From the NCBI GenBank assembly GCA_000002435.2, contig CM018790.1: a DNA stretch of 64,000 nucleotides; one strand, written 5' to 3'. Below, in pieces: positions 10,470 to 20,546 of this stretch. The translations under genes and the position numbers were made by a program. The DNA is from Giardia intestinalis (taxonomy: Eukaryota). The stretch's first letter is position 1, and every line of letters begins with the position of its first letter. The notes below the pieces were generated by a model that was not told the origin of the DNA, did no database searches, and worked only from the letters and a program-made list of their open reading frames with translations.

Positions 10470-12193
10470 AGGGCTTCGGCGGATCGCTTCACGGTGACGG
10501 TCGTGGCACTGGGCAGAAATCACGTCGCGCCAGCGCCGGGTGCGGCCCTCGCGACGCTGTGTTTCTAGTAAACAGTCGGGATCCCCGCGTCCGTTCCAGT
10601 TCTGACCCGGCGCGCCGTCAGAGCCACTCCTTTTCCCGAGGTTACGGAGCCGGCTTGCCGACTTCCCTGAGCCGCGTTCGCTCCCGCGCTAGAGGCTGCT
10701 GACCCCGGAGTCCTGCTGCGGTCGGTACGGCGCGCGGCCGGCGCCCCCCGGCTTTTCAGGGGCGGCCGGGGACGCGCGGGGTCCGCCCCCGGGCCCCCCT
10801 CTCCGCGCAAGGCGTCCGGGGGCTGCGGGGCGTTCGCGGGCCGGGGCGCCGCCCGCCGCGGTCCCCGTGCGCGTCGCCGGGGGGCGGGCGTCTCCGCGGG
10901 GGCCGCGCCTGCCGGAGTCTCCGCCGGCTCCCCGTTCGACGGGCGGGCACGCCCCTTCCCGGTCTTCACCCGCCGCTTAGGCCCGAGTCACCCGCGGCCA
11001 GATGCAGGCGCCGCGGAACCCGTCTCCCCCTCAGTCCTCCGGGGCGCGGAGTAGCGGCTACTGCTGCCGAGATCTGCACCAGAGGCCGGTCCGGCGGGGC
11101 CTGCGCGCCGCCTTCGCCCCCGGGGCCTCTGCGGCCTCCTACCCGCCGCGCGCGGCGGCCGGGCGCGGGTCCGGGGCTCCGGCGCGCTCCATTTTCCGGG
11201 CCGGCCGATTCGGCTGGTGGGTTGTTACACACTCCCTGGAGGATGCCGACTTCTGGGGCCACCTTCCAGCTGTCGGGACCGGCCGACGCCGTTCCGCGGG
11301 CCCCGGCGGCGCACCCTGGCCCGGCGTCCGGATCGTCCCGCCTCGCCCGTCCTGCTTACCAGGAGGGGCCCACGCGCCGCCCGCATTCGCCCGCCCCGCC
11401 CAGGCCAGCGGCGGGGCGGCGCGGCCCTTCGGAGTTTGGGGGGCGGGCGAGGGGCAGGCCCCCCGCTCCCGCCGGCCAGCGCTCTACGGGCCGCAACTGC
11501 GGGGCGGCGGCTGTCCTGGGAGACATTTCGGAGGCAACCAGCTACCAGGCGGTTCGATGAGTCTTTCGCCCCCATGCCCGGCTCCGACGAGCGATCTGCG
11601 CGTCAGCACCGCGGCGGGCCTCCACCAGGCTTTCGCCCGGCCTCGCCCTCGCCGGGCATAGATCACCGCCTTTCGGGCCCACGCGCCGCGGCTCGGCCCG
11701 CGCACGCCCGCAGGGGCAGGCGGGCCCGGGGCGTCTCGCGCTCGCTCCGCCGCGGGGGCTCCCTCGGGCTCGCCGCGGCGCGTGGCTCCTCGGTCCGTGT
11801 TTCGAGACGGGGCCGGCGGGCCGGCGGCCGGCCGGGTTCAGGTCTTTTGAGCGGCCGCAGGGCGTCCTTTTCACCGTTCGCTCGCGCTACTTGGTCCGCT
11901 ATCGGTCCCGGGGCGTATTTAGCCTTGGAAGGGCCGCGCCTCCCTTCGCGCTGCACGCTCAAGCAGCGCTACTCGCCGCGCAGGCCCGGCGGCCGCCGTA
12001 CGGGGCTTGCACCCTCTCGGGCGGGGCCCTCGGGCCCCCTCGCGGCGGGCCTGCGCCTGCGCCCCACAGCGCGCCTTCGGGGCGGGCTCCTCCCGCGTCG
12101 CTCGCCGCTACGGGGAATCCCGGTTGGTTTCTCCTCCGGGGCGTACTGATATGCTTAAGTTCCGCCCGTCGCCCCCGCCGCCTCGGGCCGCGC
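9489..12193 (-). rRNA. LSU rRNA: LSU rRNA, complete (about 2.7 kb); the only intact LSU in the window
   Basis: Reverse complements of the SRL and the conserved 3' domain at 9640-9830 and of the 5' domain (GCTTAAGTTCC ending 12163). Runs continuously through the unit wrap at about 11399. Confidence 0.75.
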
Positions 12194-12248
12194 AGCCCGG
12201 CGGGACCGCCCCGGGGCGCTCTCTGCGGCGCGGCGCGCGGCACGCGGC

Positions 12249-12388
12249 GGGCGCCGAGGCGGCGGCGCCGGGGCGCGCTGCGTTCGAGGGTCGGTGCTTC
12301 TCGGGGCGGGCGGGTCCGCACCGCGTCTCGCGCTCCGCCGCGCTCTTCGTCGCCGCCCGGGCCGAGGCATCCGCCGGCGGGGCGTTCG
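12249..12388 (-). rRNA. 5.8S rRNA: 5.8S rRNA
   Basis: Copy of 6684..6823 at +5565. Confidence 0.55.
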
Positions 12389-12427
12389 GGGGCCGACCGG
12401 GCCGCGGGGGCGACGCGCGGGGCGCGC

Positions 12428-13879
12428 GAGGGATCCATCCGCAGGTTCACCTACGGATACCTTGTTACGACTTCTCCTTCCTCCAGGCGCGGGGGCTCGC
12501 GGCCCTTCGCGCGTCCGGGGCGCTCGCCGCCGCGCCCAGTCGGTAGGAGCGACGGGCGGTGTGTACAAGGGGCAGGGACGCGTCCGGCGCGCGGTGGGGG
12601 CGGGCGCCTACAAGACATTCCTGGTGCGCGGGGGCGTTCCAGCCCGCGGTCCCGGCCACGGCGGGGGCTCCGCGCGTCCTCGCGGGCGCCGGCTGGCCCC
12701 GCCAGTGTAGCGCGCGTGCGGCCCAGGGCGTCTGAGGGCATCACAGACCTGCTATCGCCCCGCCGTCCTCCCGCTCGCGCGGGCCGTCCCGCGGCGCCCG
12801 CGGCCGGGGTCTCGCTCGTTGTCGCAATGGAGCAGACGGCTCGCGCCACGGGCTGGGAGCGGCCATGCACCACCGCCCGCGCGATCGCGAAAGCGCGCCC
12901 GGCTGTCGGTCCTCCGCGCGTCCGGGCCTGGTGAGGTGCGCGCGTTGAGTCAGATTGAGCCGCAGACTCCACGTCTGGTGGTACCCCTCCGTCAATGCCT
13001 TCAAGTTTCAGCCTTGCGGCCATACTCCCCCCAGAGCCCGGAGCCTCCCGGTTTCCCTGGGCGGCCGGCGGGACGCGCGCGCCGGCCGCGGGGCGGCACC
13101 GTTTACGGCCGGGAATACGGTGGTGTCTGATCGCCTTCTAGCCCCCGGCCTTCGCCCTTGATTGACAGAGGCGGTCTTGGCAGGCGCCTGCGCGGCCGGC
13201 GGTCTCGGCGGGATCATCCTGTTTCACCCGTCCCCGGCCGGTACCGGTGCCCCCGCCCGCTCTCCTCGGGGCTGCCGCGGCGCGCCGCGCCCGCTGCGCG
13301 GTCCCACGCGGCGGGTCCAACGGGCCTGCCTGGAGCGCTCCCGTTTCCTCGTGGCGGCGGGGGGCCAACTACGGGCGTTTCAACTGCAGCAGCGCCGCGC
13401 GACGCTCGCCGAGCTGGAATTACCGCGGCTGCTGGCACCAGACCTTGCCCTCGGCTCCGCGGCGGGGGCTGTGGGCCCGCCTCGCTCGCGCGCTCCCCGT
13501 CGCTGCCTCGCGCGCCGCGCATTGGGCAAGTTCCGCGCCTGCTGCCGTCCTTGGATGTGCGGGCCGTCTCGCAGGCCCGCTCTCCGGAGTCGAACCCTGA
13601 TTCTCCGCCAGGCGTCGGGCCCTCGGCGCGCCGCGACCGCGCCGACCGGGTGATGCCCCGGAAGCCCGGGCGGGCCGTCGCTGCGTCACGCTGCTCGCCC
13701 GCGGGCGCCCGCCCTTGCGCGCACGTCTTGGCGCCGGGTTGCCAGCGGTGTCCGGCTAGCAGGGACCGCCGCGGGGGGTGCAACCGTTGTCCTGAGCCGT
13801 CCGCCGCGTCCCGGGTGAGCGGGCATGCATGGCTTCGTCCTTGGGGAGAGCGTCGCGCTCCGGCAGGATCGACCGGATG
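12428..13879 (-). rRNA. SSU rRNA: SSU rRNA, complete
   Basis: GAGGGATCCATCC from 12428; GGCAGGATCGACCGGATG ending at 13879. Confidence 0.9.
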
Positions 13880-15050
13880 GCCGGGCGCGGGCGCCGCGGG
13901 CCGGGCGCCTCCCTGCGCGGGGGCCGCCGCCTGGCACGGGGGCCGCCCCCTCCGTGCCCATGCCGTGTCGGGGGTCCCCCCTATAGTGCCGGGCGGAGGC
14001 CGCCCCCCACAGCCCGGCCCGGGTCCGCCTGCACCACACTTTTTTGGATTCCCTTGGGGCCCTCTGCCCCCCTCCAAAAAACCGGCCCTCGCGAGATAAA
14101 GCACCTTGTCCTATATAGTGCGTGACGAAGCCGCCCCCACACACCCCCTGGAGTCCCCCTGCACCACATTTTTTTGAAATCCCTTGGGGGCGTCCGGGGG
14201 GCCGGGGGGCCGGTCCGCGGGGAGCGCCGGGGAGCCCGGGCGGACCCTGCAGGACTGCATATCACGGCAAACCCTCCTGTGCGGACCGCGTGTCCCGGGC
14301 TCCCCTGCCGGTCGGGAGATCCGCGCCCCTCGTTCTCCGTCCACCGTGCCCCGGGGAGGCCCTTGACTGCAAAACGATCGAATTGGAGGCTGACTGTGCA
14401 TCCGGGCGCTCTGGGGGCCCTCTCCGGGGAGACCGCCCGAAACGGCTTCTCGCGGGGATCTCAGCAGCCGTGGCTATATACGGTCCGTCTCTAACCTATA
14501 TGATTGCTGGCAGCGGGAGGGCACTGCGTGGGGGGCGGCCCCCCGGAAGGGCGCGGTCCGAGGAGGGGCCCCCGACCGGCCCTGGACCGACTGGGGCAGC
14601 CCCGGGTGCTGTGCGTGCGCCTGGCTGCAGCGGGGCCACGGGGGCGCAGGAGGCCGCAGGAGAGACCGGAGTGTTTACTGGCCCGGGGGATCGGCTGCTC
14701 TGGGCCGTCCGGGGGTCCTTCCGCGCTCTCCCCGCGGTCCCCCGGTCTCCTGCACCGGGCCTCCCCAGCGCCCGTCCCCGCACGTGGGCGTGTCTCCCGG
14801 TCGTGCGTGGCCTGCTGGAGGCGCTGGGCCTCCCTGCCGCCCTCTCTGTCTGGATCCCCCGGGCCGCCTCCCCCGGGCCCCCTGCGGTCCTGCGCCGCCC
14901 CCCTGCGCACACGGGTCTCTCTGTGCAAGGCAGACCCGGTGGTGGGCGTGCACTGCCCCCTGGCCACCCCTTGGGGCACCCTGCACTCCCTCAATCTTCT
15001 CTTTCCGCGCTCTGCCTGTCTGTCTGCCCCGCACCCCCCCAGAGCAAGTG

Positions 15051-15344
15051 GGCCGCGCGCCCCGCCCCGCGCTCTGCAGGCGCGTCCCTCAGGCGATCGC
15101 AGGGCTCTGCGCCGTACAGGAGCGCCGCGCCGGGTGGTCTCCCCGGGCGGGGGCCGCTCGGCGACGGGGCACGGGGCTGGGGCGCGCGGCCGGGCGGGGC
15201 GCGAGGCGGGGTGCGCGCTTAGAGGCGGTCAGCGCAGGGCCCCCGGGCGCGGCGGCGCGGCGCTGCCCGGCCGGGCAACCGCGGGGCTGGCGGCCCGCGG
15301 CGGGCGTTCCTCTCGTACTGGCCCGCCGTGCTCTGGCCCCGGGG

Positions 15345-15397
<53 letters not shown>

Positions 15398-15447
15398 CCT
15401 TGAACGGGTGAACAATCCGACGCTTCCGCGCCGGTGCGCGCGGACGG

Positions 15448-15480
<33 letters not shown>

Positions 15481-15498
15481 GCGTCGCTGCGGGCGCTC

Positions 15499-15537
<39 letters not shown>

Positions 15538-15979
15538 CCACCTCCGCGCCCGCGGCCGGGGCGGCGAAGGATCGGTAGGCCCCGCTTTCGCGGCCCGCGC
15601 CGGCACGGGGGGCGCGGGTCGGGCGGGCTTGTGCCCTTCTGCTCCGCGGGAGGTCTCCGTCCTCGCTGAGCCCGCCGTGGGACGCCTGCGGTCCGGTGTA
15701 GCAGGCGCGCCGCCCCAGCCGAACTCCCCGCCCGGGCGGGTCCCCGCGCGACCGGGTGAGCGGGGCGGCGGCGGCCGTCAGGGTGTCTCAGGGGCGCGGC
15801 CTCCCCTGTGCGCTGCGCCGGCCGCCCCGCCCCACAGGCCCGGGCTGGAGTCAAGCTCAAAAGGGTCTTCTTGCCCCGCTGGCCGGCCCTCGCCCGTTCC
15901 CGAGGCTGGAGGCTCGCGGAGGCGCGGCTCGGGACAGTGGGATCCTCGTTGGTCCATTCATGCACGTCGGAAATTGCCC

Positions 15980-16031
<52 letters not shown>

Positions 16032-16282
16032 AGGGCTTCGGCGGATCGCTTCACGGTGACGGTCGTGGCACTGGGCAGAAATCACGTCGCGCCAGCGCCG
16101 GGTGCGGCCCTCGCGACGCTGTGTTTCTAGTAAACAGTCGGGATCCCCGCGTCCGTTCCAGTTCTGACCCGGCGCGCCGTCAGAGCCACTCCTTTTCCCG
16201 AGGTTACGGAGCCGGCTTGCCGACTTCCCTGAGCCGCGTTCGCTCCCGCGCTAGAGGCTGCTGACCCCGGAGTCCTGCTGCG
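15051..16282 (-). rRNA. LSU rRNA: LSU rRNA 3' portion (about 1.23 kb), truncated at the rDNA / chromosome-core boundary
   Basis: Colinear with 9489..10710 of the previous unit up to ...CTGACCCCGGAGTCCTGCTGCG (ends 16282). The next bases (TGGCGGGGCTCTGATG) no longer match rDNA. Confidence 0.8.
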
Positions 16283-16337
16283 TGGCGGGGCTCTGATGTG
16301 TAAGGTCTGATGTAGAGGCGATAGTTGTTTACTCTGG

Positions 16338-19300
16338 CTACTCTGAGAGGAGGGCCATCATCTCTCTATTGCCCTCGGCTATGTCCAAGAGACTACTCCT
16401 GTTTATGTTCTTCTCCTTCTCTGCGAGGAGTCTCACACACTCTAGGTGGCCATTCGCTGCTGCCCTCATGAGGGCTGTCCGTCCAGAAGTATCATACATG
16501 CCTCCCTCTTTCTCTAGGAGTAGCTCCACTATATCTGCGTAGCTATGTGCCGCTGCTATTATAAGAGCTGTTACATTGTATATGCTCTGGTTTCCTATAT
16601 AGAAATATCCAGACGCCCTCTGCCCTGCCTGGAGGGGAGCAAGTGCCATTGCAGCTACTGGATCGTTTCTATCGGCGGCTCTCATGAGGGCAGTGACTCC
16701 ATTCTCATCTGTGGGATCAAGGAGCTCGACGACGTCCTTGTGCCCCGCCCTTGCGGCGATGGTCAGCGCAGTCTCGCCGTCGCTGTTCTTCTTGTCTTTG
16801 TCCGAGAGGTACTTCTTGACTGTTGTGATGTCCCCAGCGAGAGCCGCGCGCATGAGTGGGGTCCAGGATGAGTCTTCATGTTTGCCGAGCACCACCGCCG
16901 TGTCTATATGCCTGTTCCTGAGGGCGTACATGAGGGCCGTGTCCCCACCTCTATCCTTCATTCCTTTCTGGACTGGTATAAGTAGCTCAGTCGTTTTGGT
17001 GTCTCCTCTGGCTGCGGCTCTCATAAGTGCAGTGACGCCATCTTCATCTGTGGGATCGAGGAGCTCGATAATATCTCTGTATCCTTCCCTTGCAGCAATC
17101 ATCAGCGCAGTCTCATCGTCACTGTTCTTCACGTCTCTCTCATGGAGGTGCCTCCTCGCCATGGTAGCGTCTCCAGTGAAGGCCGCGCACATCAGAAGGG
17201 TCCACGAGGGGGCCTCATGCTCGCGAAGAAGCAGAGCTATGTCTGTGTGCTGATTCTTAAGAGCATACATGAAGGCCGTGTTACCGTCCTTGTCCTTCAT
17301 CCCCTTCTCGTGCTCGAGGAGGAACTCCACTGCTCCCTGGTGGCCTCGCTGTGCAGCCCGCATGAGCGCCGTCATCCAAGTGATGTCGGTGCACCCCTTC
17401 TCGTGGACGTTCTCCCTGACCCCATCCGTGTCCCCGAGGTATGCAGAGTAGATGAGGCCCGTCCAGCCGGAGACACCGCTCTCGTGCTTCATCAGGAGCT
17501 TCACGACCTCGTCCCTTCCGTTCTGAGCAGCAATGATGAGGGCTGTCTGGCCCCGCTTGTCCCTCTGGCCCTTCTCATCGAGGTGCCGGGACGCCATGTC
17601 TATATCTCCGAGGGCCGCGGCGCACATGAGCATCGTCCAGCCGGCGGCGTCCTTTTCATAGTCCATGAGGAGCATTGTGACATCGCGGTGGCCGGCCCGG
17701 GCTGCGTAGGAAAGAGCCGTGCAGCCAGTGTTGTCCTTCAGCCCCTTCTCGTGCTCGACGAGGGCCCTGACAATCTCAAGACTTCCCTGCTGTGCGGCAA
17801 TCATCAGGGCGGTGCGGCCCTGCGGGTCTCTAGAGCTGTGCTCGTGCTCAGCGATCGCCCTAGCAGCCTCGGCGTGCGAGCTGGCCACGGCGATCATCAG
17901 AGCGGTGCTGCCTCTGCTGTCGGTCAGGCCCTTTTCGTGCGGGACCAAGAGGGAGGCGATCTCTGCATGGCCCTTCTCCGCGGCGATCATCAGAGCTGTG
18001 TGGCCATGCGAATCTCGAAGACCATGCTCAAACTCGACAAGTGCCCTAACGGTCTCTACACATGAATTGGCCACGGCCATCACCAGGGCAGTCCGGCCGT
18101 TGTTGTTTCTCTTCCCGTGCTCATGAGGGACGAGGATCCTAGCCACCTTTGAATGGCTATTATGTATGGCGTGCATGAGGGCAGTCCAGCCGTTCTTGTC
18201 CCTGAGGCCCTTCTCCTTCTCAACAAGCAGCTCAACAGGCCCACCGTGCCCCTGCTGGGCTGCATGCATGAGGGCCGTCATCTTCTGCTTGTCACGCTGG
18301 CCGGTGCGGACTCCTTCCTCAAGCAGCACCCGGACGGTCTCTGTGCAGTTCATGTGTGCAGCGCGTATCAACCTGGGGAGTAGGAGAAAGTCGGACTGGG
18401 GGTCAGCTGCATTCATTCCATTGTTGAATTGTGCAATCTTGCTCTCCAGTGCCTTAATCATGGCCAGATGCTCTTTACCCTGGTTTTCGAACGCGTCGAT
18501 CCTAGCAGACTTAGCACTGAGGTCCTTCTCAAGGGCACTAATCCTGTCCGCCTTAGTATTGATATCCTTCTCGAGCGCGTCTATCTTAGTAGACCTTACT
18601 CCGAGATCCTTCTCAAGGGCGGCGACCTTGTCCTCCCTCGCCCTTGCGTCCTTCTCGAGTGCGTCGATCCTAGCAGCCTTCGTCTCTAGCGCGTCCTTGA
18701 GAGAGGCAGTCTCAGCAGACCTGGCGTCGAGGGCTGCCTCAAGAGCGGTGATCCTGTCCAGCTTGGCCTTTGCATCCTCCTCCAGAAGTGTAATCCTAGC
18801 ATTAGCAGTATTCAGAGCAGTCTCCAAGGCGCTGCACTTGCCTTCTAGTGCCACATACCGATGTCCCAGCTCATTAACTGGGACATTAGATGTGGTGAGC
18901 ATCTCATGCAGCTCTTTGGCTGTCAGTCTTTCCTCTGGTTCCAGCACGAATATCCTCTCCAGAACATTCTGCATGAAGCCATCGGTGACACCGCTCAGAT
19001 CGGGCCTCCACCCGTCGACGAAGACGTCTTTTGGGTCTTTGCCTTCTAGGAAGTCCGGTCTCCTCAGAGTTACTAATTCATAAATGATGACCCCGAGGCT
19101 CCATACGTCAGAGGCGGGGCTGGCCTCATTACGGAGGAGCGCCTCGGGGGCCATGTATACTGCCGTGCCTGCAATGGTGCTCCCGCATCTCAGGGCGTCC
19201 TTGCAGAGGCCGAAGTCGGCGATGATGAAGTGTTCACCATCTGCGCTGACGAGGACGTTCGCAAGCTTGAGGTCGCGGTGGACGAGGCCCTTGTAGGGGC

Positions 19301-19754
19301 GACCGTCGGCACCCACTCCGCTGACGCCGTGGAGGTAGGCGAGGGCGGCGGCGAGCTGTCTCAGAATGGAGAGGACCAGCTCGGGAGAGACGGGGGTCTT
19401 CCTCCGCTTGCAGTCGATAAACACTTGCTCGAGGGTCTTGTCGTGGCGATTCATGACGATGTAAATGAAGCCCTCGTCCTCAACCACTTGATGGTACTTG
19501 AGGATCCCTGGGTGGGAGAGGTCGGGGAGGGTGGCCAGCTCGAGTCTAATAGCGTCCACGTTGCTCTTGCCCAGGCCGTCGAGGAGGATCTCCTTCACGG
19601 CGAGGTTTGGATAGCCCTCGAGGGAGTAGACTACACCTGTAACTCCTCTGCCCAGCACGCCATCCAACCGCTCGTGGAGTTCCTCAATGACGAATTGTGG
19701 GATGCTGGGGGCCGATGTTTGGGAGCTGGCTGCGTGGTCATCGCCGTCAGCCAT
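16338..19754 (-). CDS. NEK-family Ser/Thr kinase with a central coiled coil and C-terminal ankyrin repeats (about 1138 aa from the first ATG)
   Basis: Kinase motifs LGRGVTGVVY, AVKEI, VHRDLKLANVLV, ADFGLC, MAPE. Then 14-aa periodic repeats of the IDALEKD type. Then more than 12 ankyrin repeats (GxTALMxAAxxGH...). The track ORF begins on GTG at 19814; the first ATG (MADGDD) is at 19754 with AT-rich TTATTTTTGGAAACAAACTGTC just upstream. Stop TAG is followed 5 nt later by AGTAAAC. Confidence 0.8.
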   Translation of the reverse strand: MADGDDHAASSQTSAPSIPQFVIEELHERLDGVLGRGVTGVVYSLEGYPNLAVKEILLDGLGKSNVDAIRLELATLPDLSHPGILKYHQVVEDEGFIYIVMNRHDKTLEQVFIDCKRRKTPVSPELVLSILRQLAAALAYLHGVSGVGADGRPYKGLVHRDLKLANVLVSADGEHFIIADFGLCKDALRCGSTIAGTAVYMAPEALLRNEASPASDVWSLGVIIYELVTLRRPDFLEGKDPKDVFVDGWRPDLSGVTDGFMQNVLERIFVLEPEERLTAKELHEMLTTSNVPVNELGHRYVALEGKCSALETALNTANARITLLEEDAKAKLDRITALEAALDARSAETASLKDALETKAARIDALEKDARAREDKVAALEKDLGVRSTKIDALEKDINTKADRISALEKDLSAKSARIDAFENQGKEHLAMIKALESKIAQFNNGMNAADPQSDFLLLPRLIRAAHMNCTETVRVLLEEGVRTGQRDKQKMTALMHAAQQGHGGPVELLVEKEKGLRDKNGWTALMHAIHNSHSKVARILVPHEHGKRNNNGRTALVMAVANSCVETVRALVEFEHGLRDSHGHTALMIAAEKGHAEIASLLVPHEKGLTDSRGSTALMIAVASSHAEAARAIAEHEHSSRDPQGRTALMIAAQQGSLEIVRALVEHEKGLKDNTGCTALSYAARAGHRDVTMLLMDYEKDAAGWTMLMCAAALGDIDMASRHLDEKGQRDKRGQTALIIAAQNGRDEVVKLLMKHESGVSGWTGLIYSAYLGDTDGVRENVHEKGCTDITWMTALMRAAQRGHQGAVEFLLEHEKGMKDKDGNTAFMYALKNQHTDIALLLREHEAPSWTLLMCAAFTGDATMARRHLHERDVKNSDDETALMIAAREGYRDIIELLDPTDEDGVTALMRAAARGDTKTTELLIPVQKGMKDRGGDTALMYALRNRHIDTAVVLGKHEDSSWTPLMRAALAGDITTVKKYLSDKDKKNSDGETALTIAARAGHKDVVELLDPTDENGVTALMRAADRNDPVAAMALAPLQAGQRASGYFYIGNQSIYNVTALIIAAAHSYADIVELLLEKEGGMYDTSGRTALMRAAANGHLECVRLLAEKEKNINRSSLLDIAEGNREMMALLSE

Positions 19755-20546
19755 GACAGTTTGTTTCCAAAAATAAGACCAAGCGATCGGATTGAACGAG
19801 TGATTGGGCCACACCCTCAGAGGTTACAAGAAAGTGCAGGCCTCTGCTAGCCTCACTTCCCGAGTCTGTGTCCATAGCAGCAGACACGTCATCCCGTACA
19901 CTGTGGAGCGCCCTTGCATGCCATGGCACCCTGTCTGTCCTGGCTATTCGTGACCATCGCGCATTACTAGTACTCTGCGCCAGCTCCCTCGACTGTGCAG
20001 TCATGGCCATTCCACGTGTGCACGGCCATCTAGCAGCACTCGCCCGCGTTCTCTGCCCTCCTCCGCCACTCATCCACGTGGGCCACGCAGGGTCTAGTGC
20101 CCCTCCAGCGCTGGCCTGTCGGTGCTCTCTTCTGAGGCTGCATGCCCTACAGGATCACCCGTGCTCACCGCATTTTTAGAACCCATCACGCACCAGGGGC
20201 TCCCTCGCGACCAGTGCCCAGAAAGTCACGGGCAGGATTCAGCAGTGCGTTTACTACCGAGACACCAGCCCCCGCAGAGGAAGCCGACGAGCACCCCACA
20301 GCAATGTACAGGAGTGCACCCCGAACGATCATTCCACAGGAGAGGTGCGATCTAAGTCTGGTCCTCACTCATCCTGTTCCTATGGAAGCCAGAGAGAACT
20401 GCACTATCAACTGGCCTCCGGTGGGCGTGCTCCTATCGTATCCTTCTCCGGTCCAACCGATCAAGGAGAGCAAGAGCGGTTGTCTCTCACTGCTCGCGGC
20501 CAATGCACCAGCCTGACGGAAGAGCAGTGGCACACGAACCCGGCTA

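Larger units (their letters stand above)
1..11399. repeat. Large inverted repeat (palindrome) of rDNA: arms 1..5562 (+) and 5838..11399 (-) around a 275-bp non-palindromic centre (5563..5837)
   Basis: Sequence from 5840 rightwards is the reverse complement of sequence from 5562 leftwards. Identical ORF translations appear on opposite strands (138..434 + equals 10966..11262 -; 697..1332 - equals 10067..10702 +). Confidence 0.85.
5841..16282 (-). repeat. Minus-orientation rDNA tandem array, about 1.88 units (period 5562-5565)
   Basis: Identical ORF translations recur at +5565 (6326..7369 equals 11891..12934; 7593..8534 equals 13158..14099) and at +5562 (10067..10702 equals 15629..16264). Confidence 0.9.

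Noticed and set aside
138-16264. Dozens of long, arginine/proline/glycine/alanine-rich ORFs on both strands (for example 4026..6047, 6326..7369, 8621..9820, 11891..12934), many of them exact duplicates
   Set aside because: They lie entirely within rRNA genes and spacer of about 78% GC (few stop codons by chance). They recur because the rDNA unit recurs, on both strands because of the inversion. They carry no protein-like motifs. Differences between copies are homopolymer frameshifts.
19755-19814. N-terminal 20-aa extension of the kinase ORF (MWPNHSFNPIAWSYFWKQTV), and similar track starts at 32019, 43497 and 49176
   Set aside because: These 'M' residues are GTG or TTG codons in the sequence. 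I used the first ATG preceded by an AT-rich initiator region instead.
16545-19850. Plus-strand ORFs inside the NEK kinase gene (for example 17142..18065, 18166..19083, 19230..19850)
   Set aside because: Antisense to a well-supported kinase-ankyrin CDS. Low-complexity translations with no motifs.
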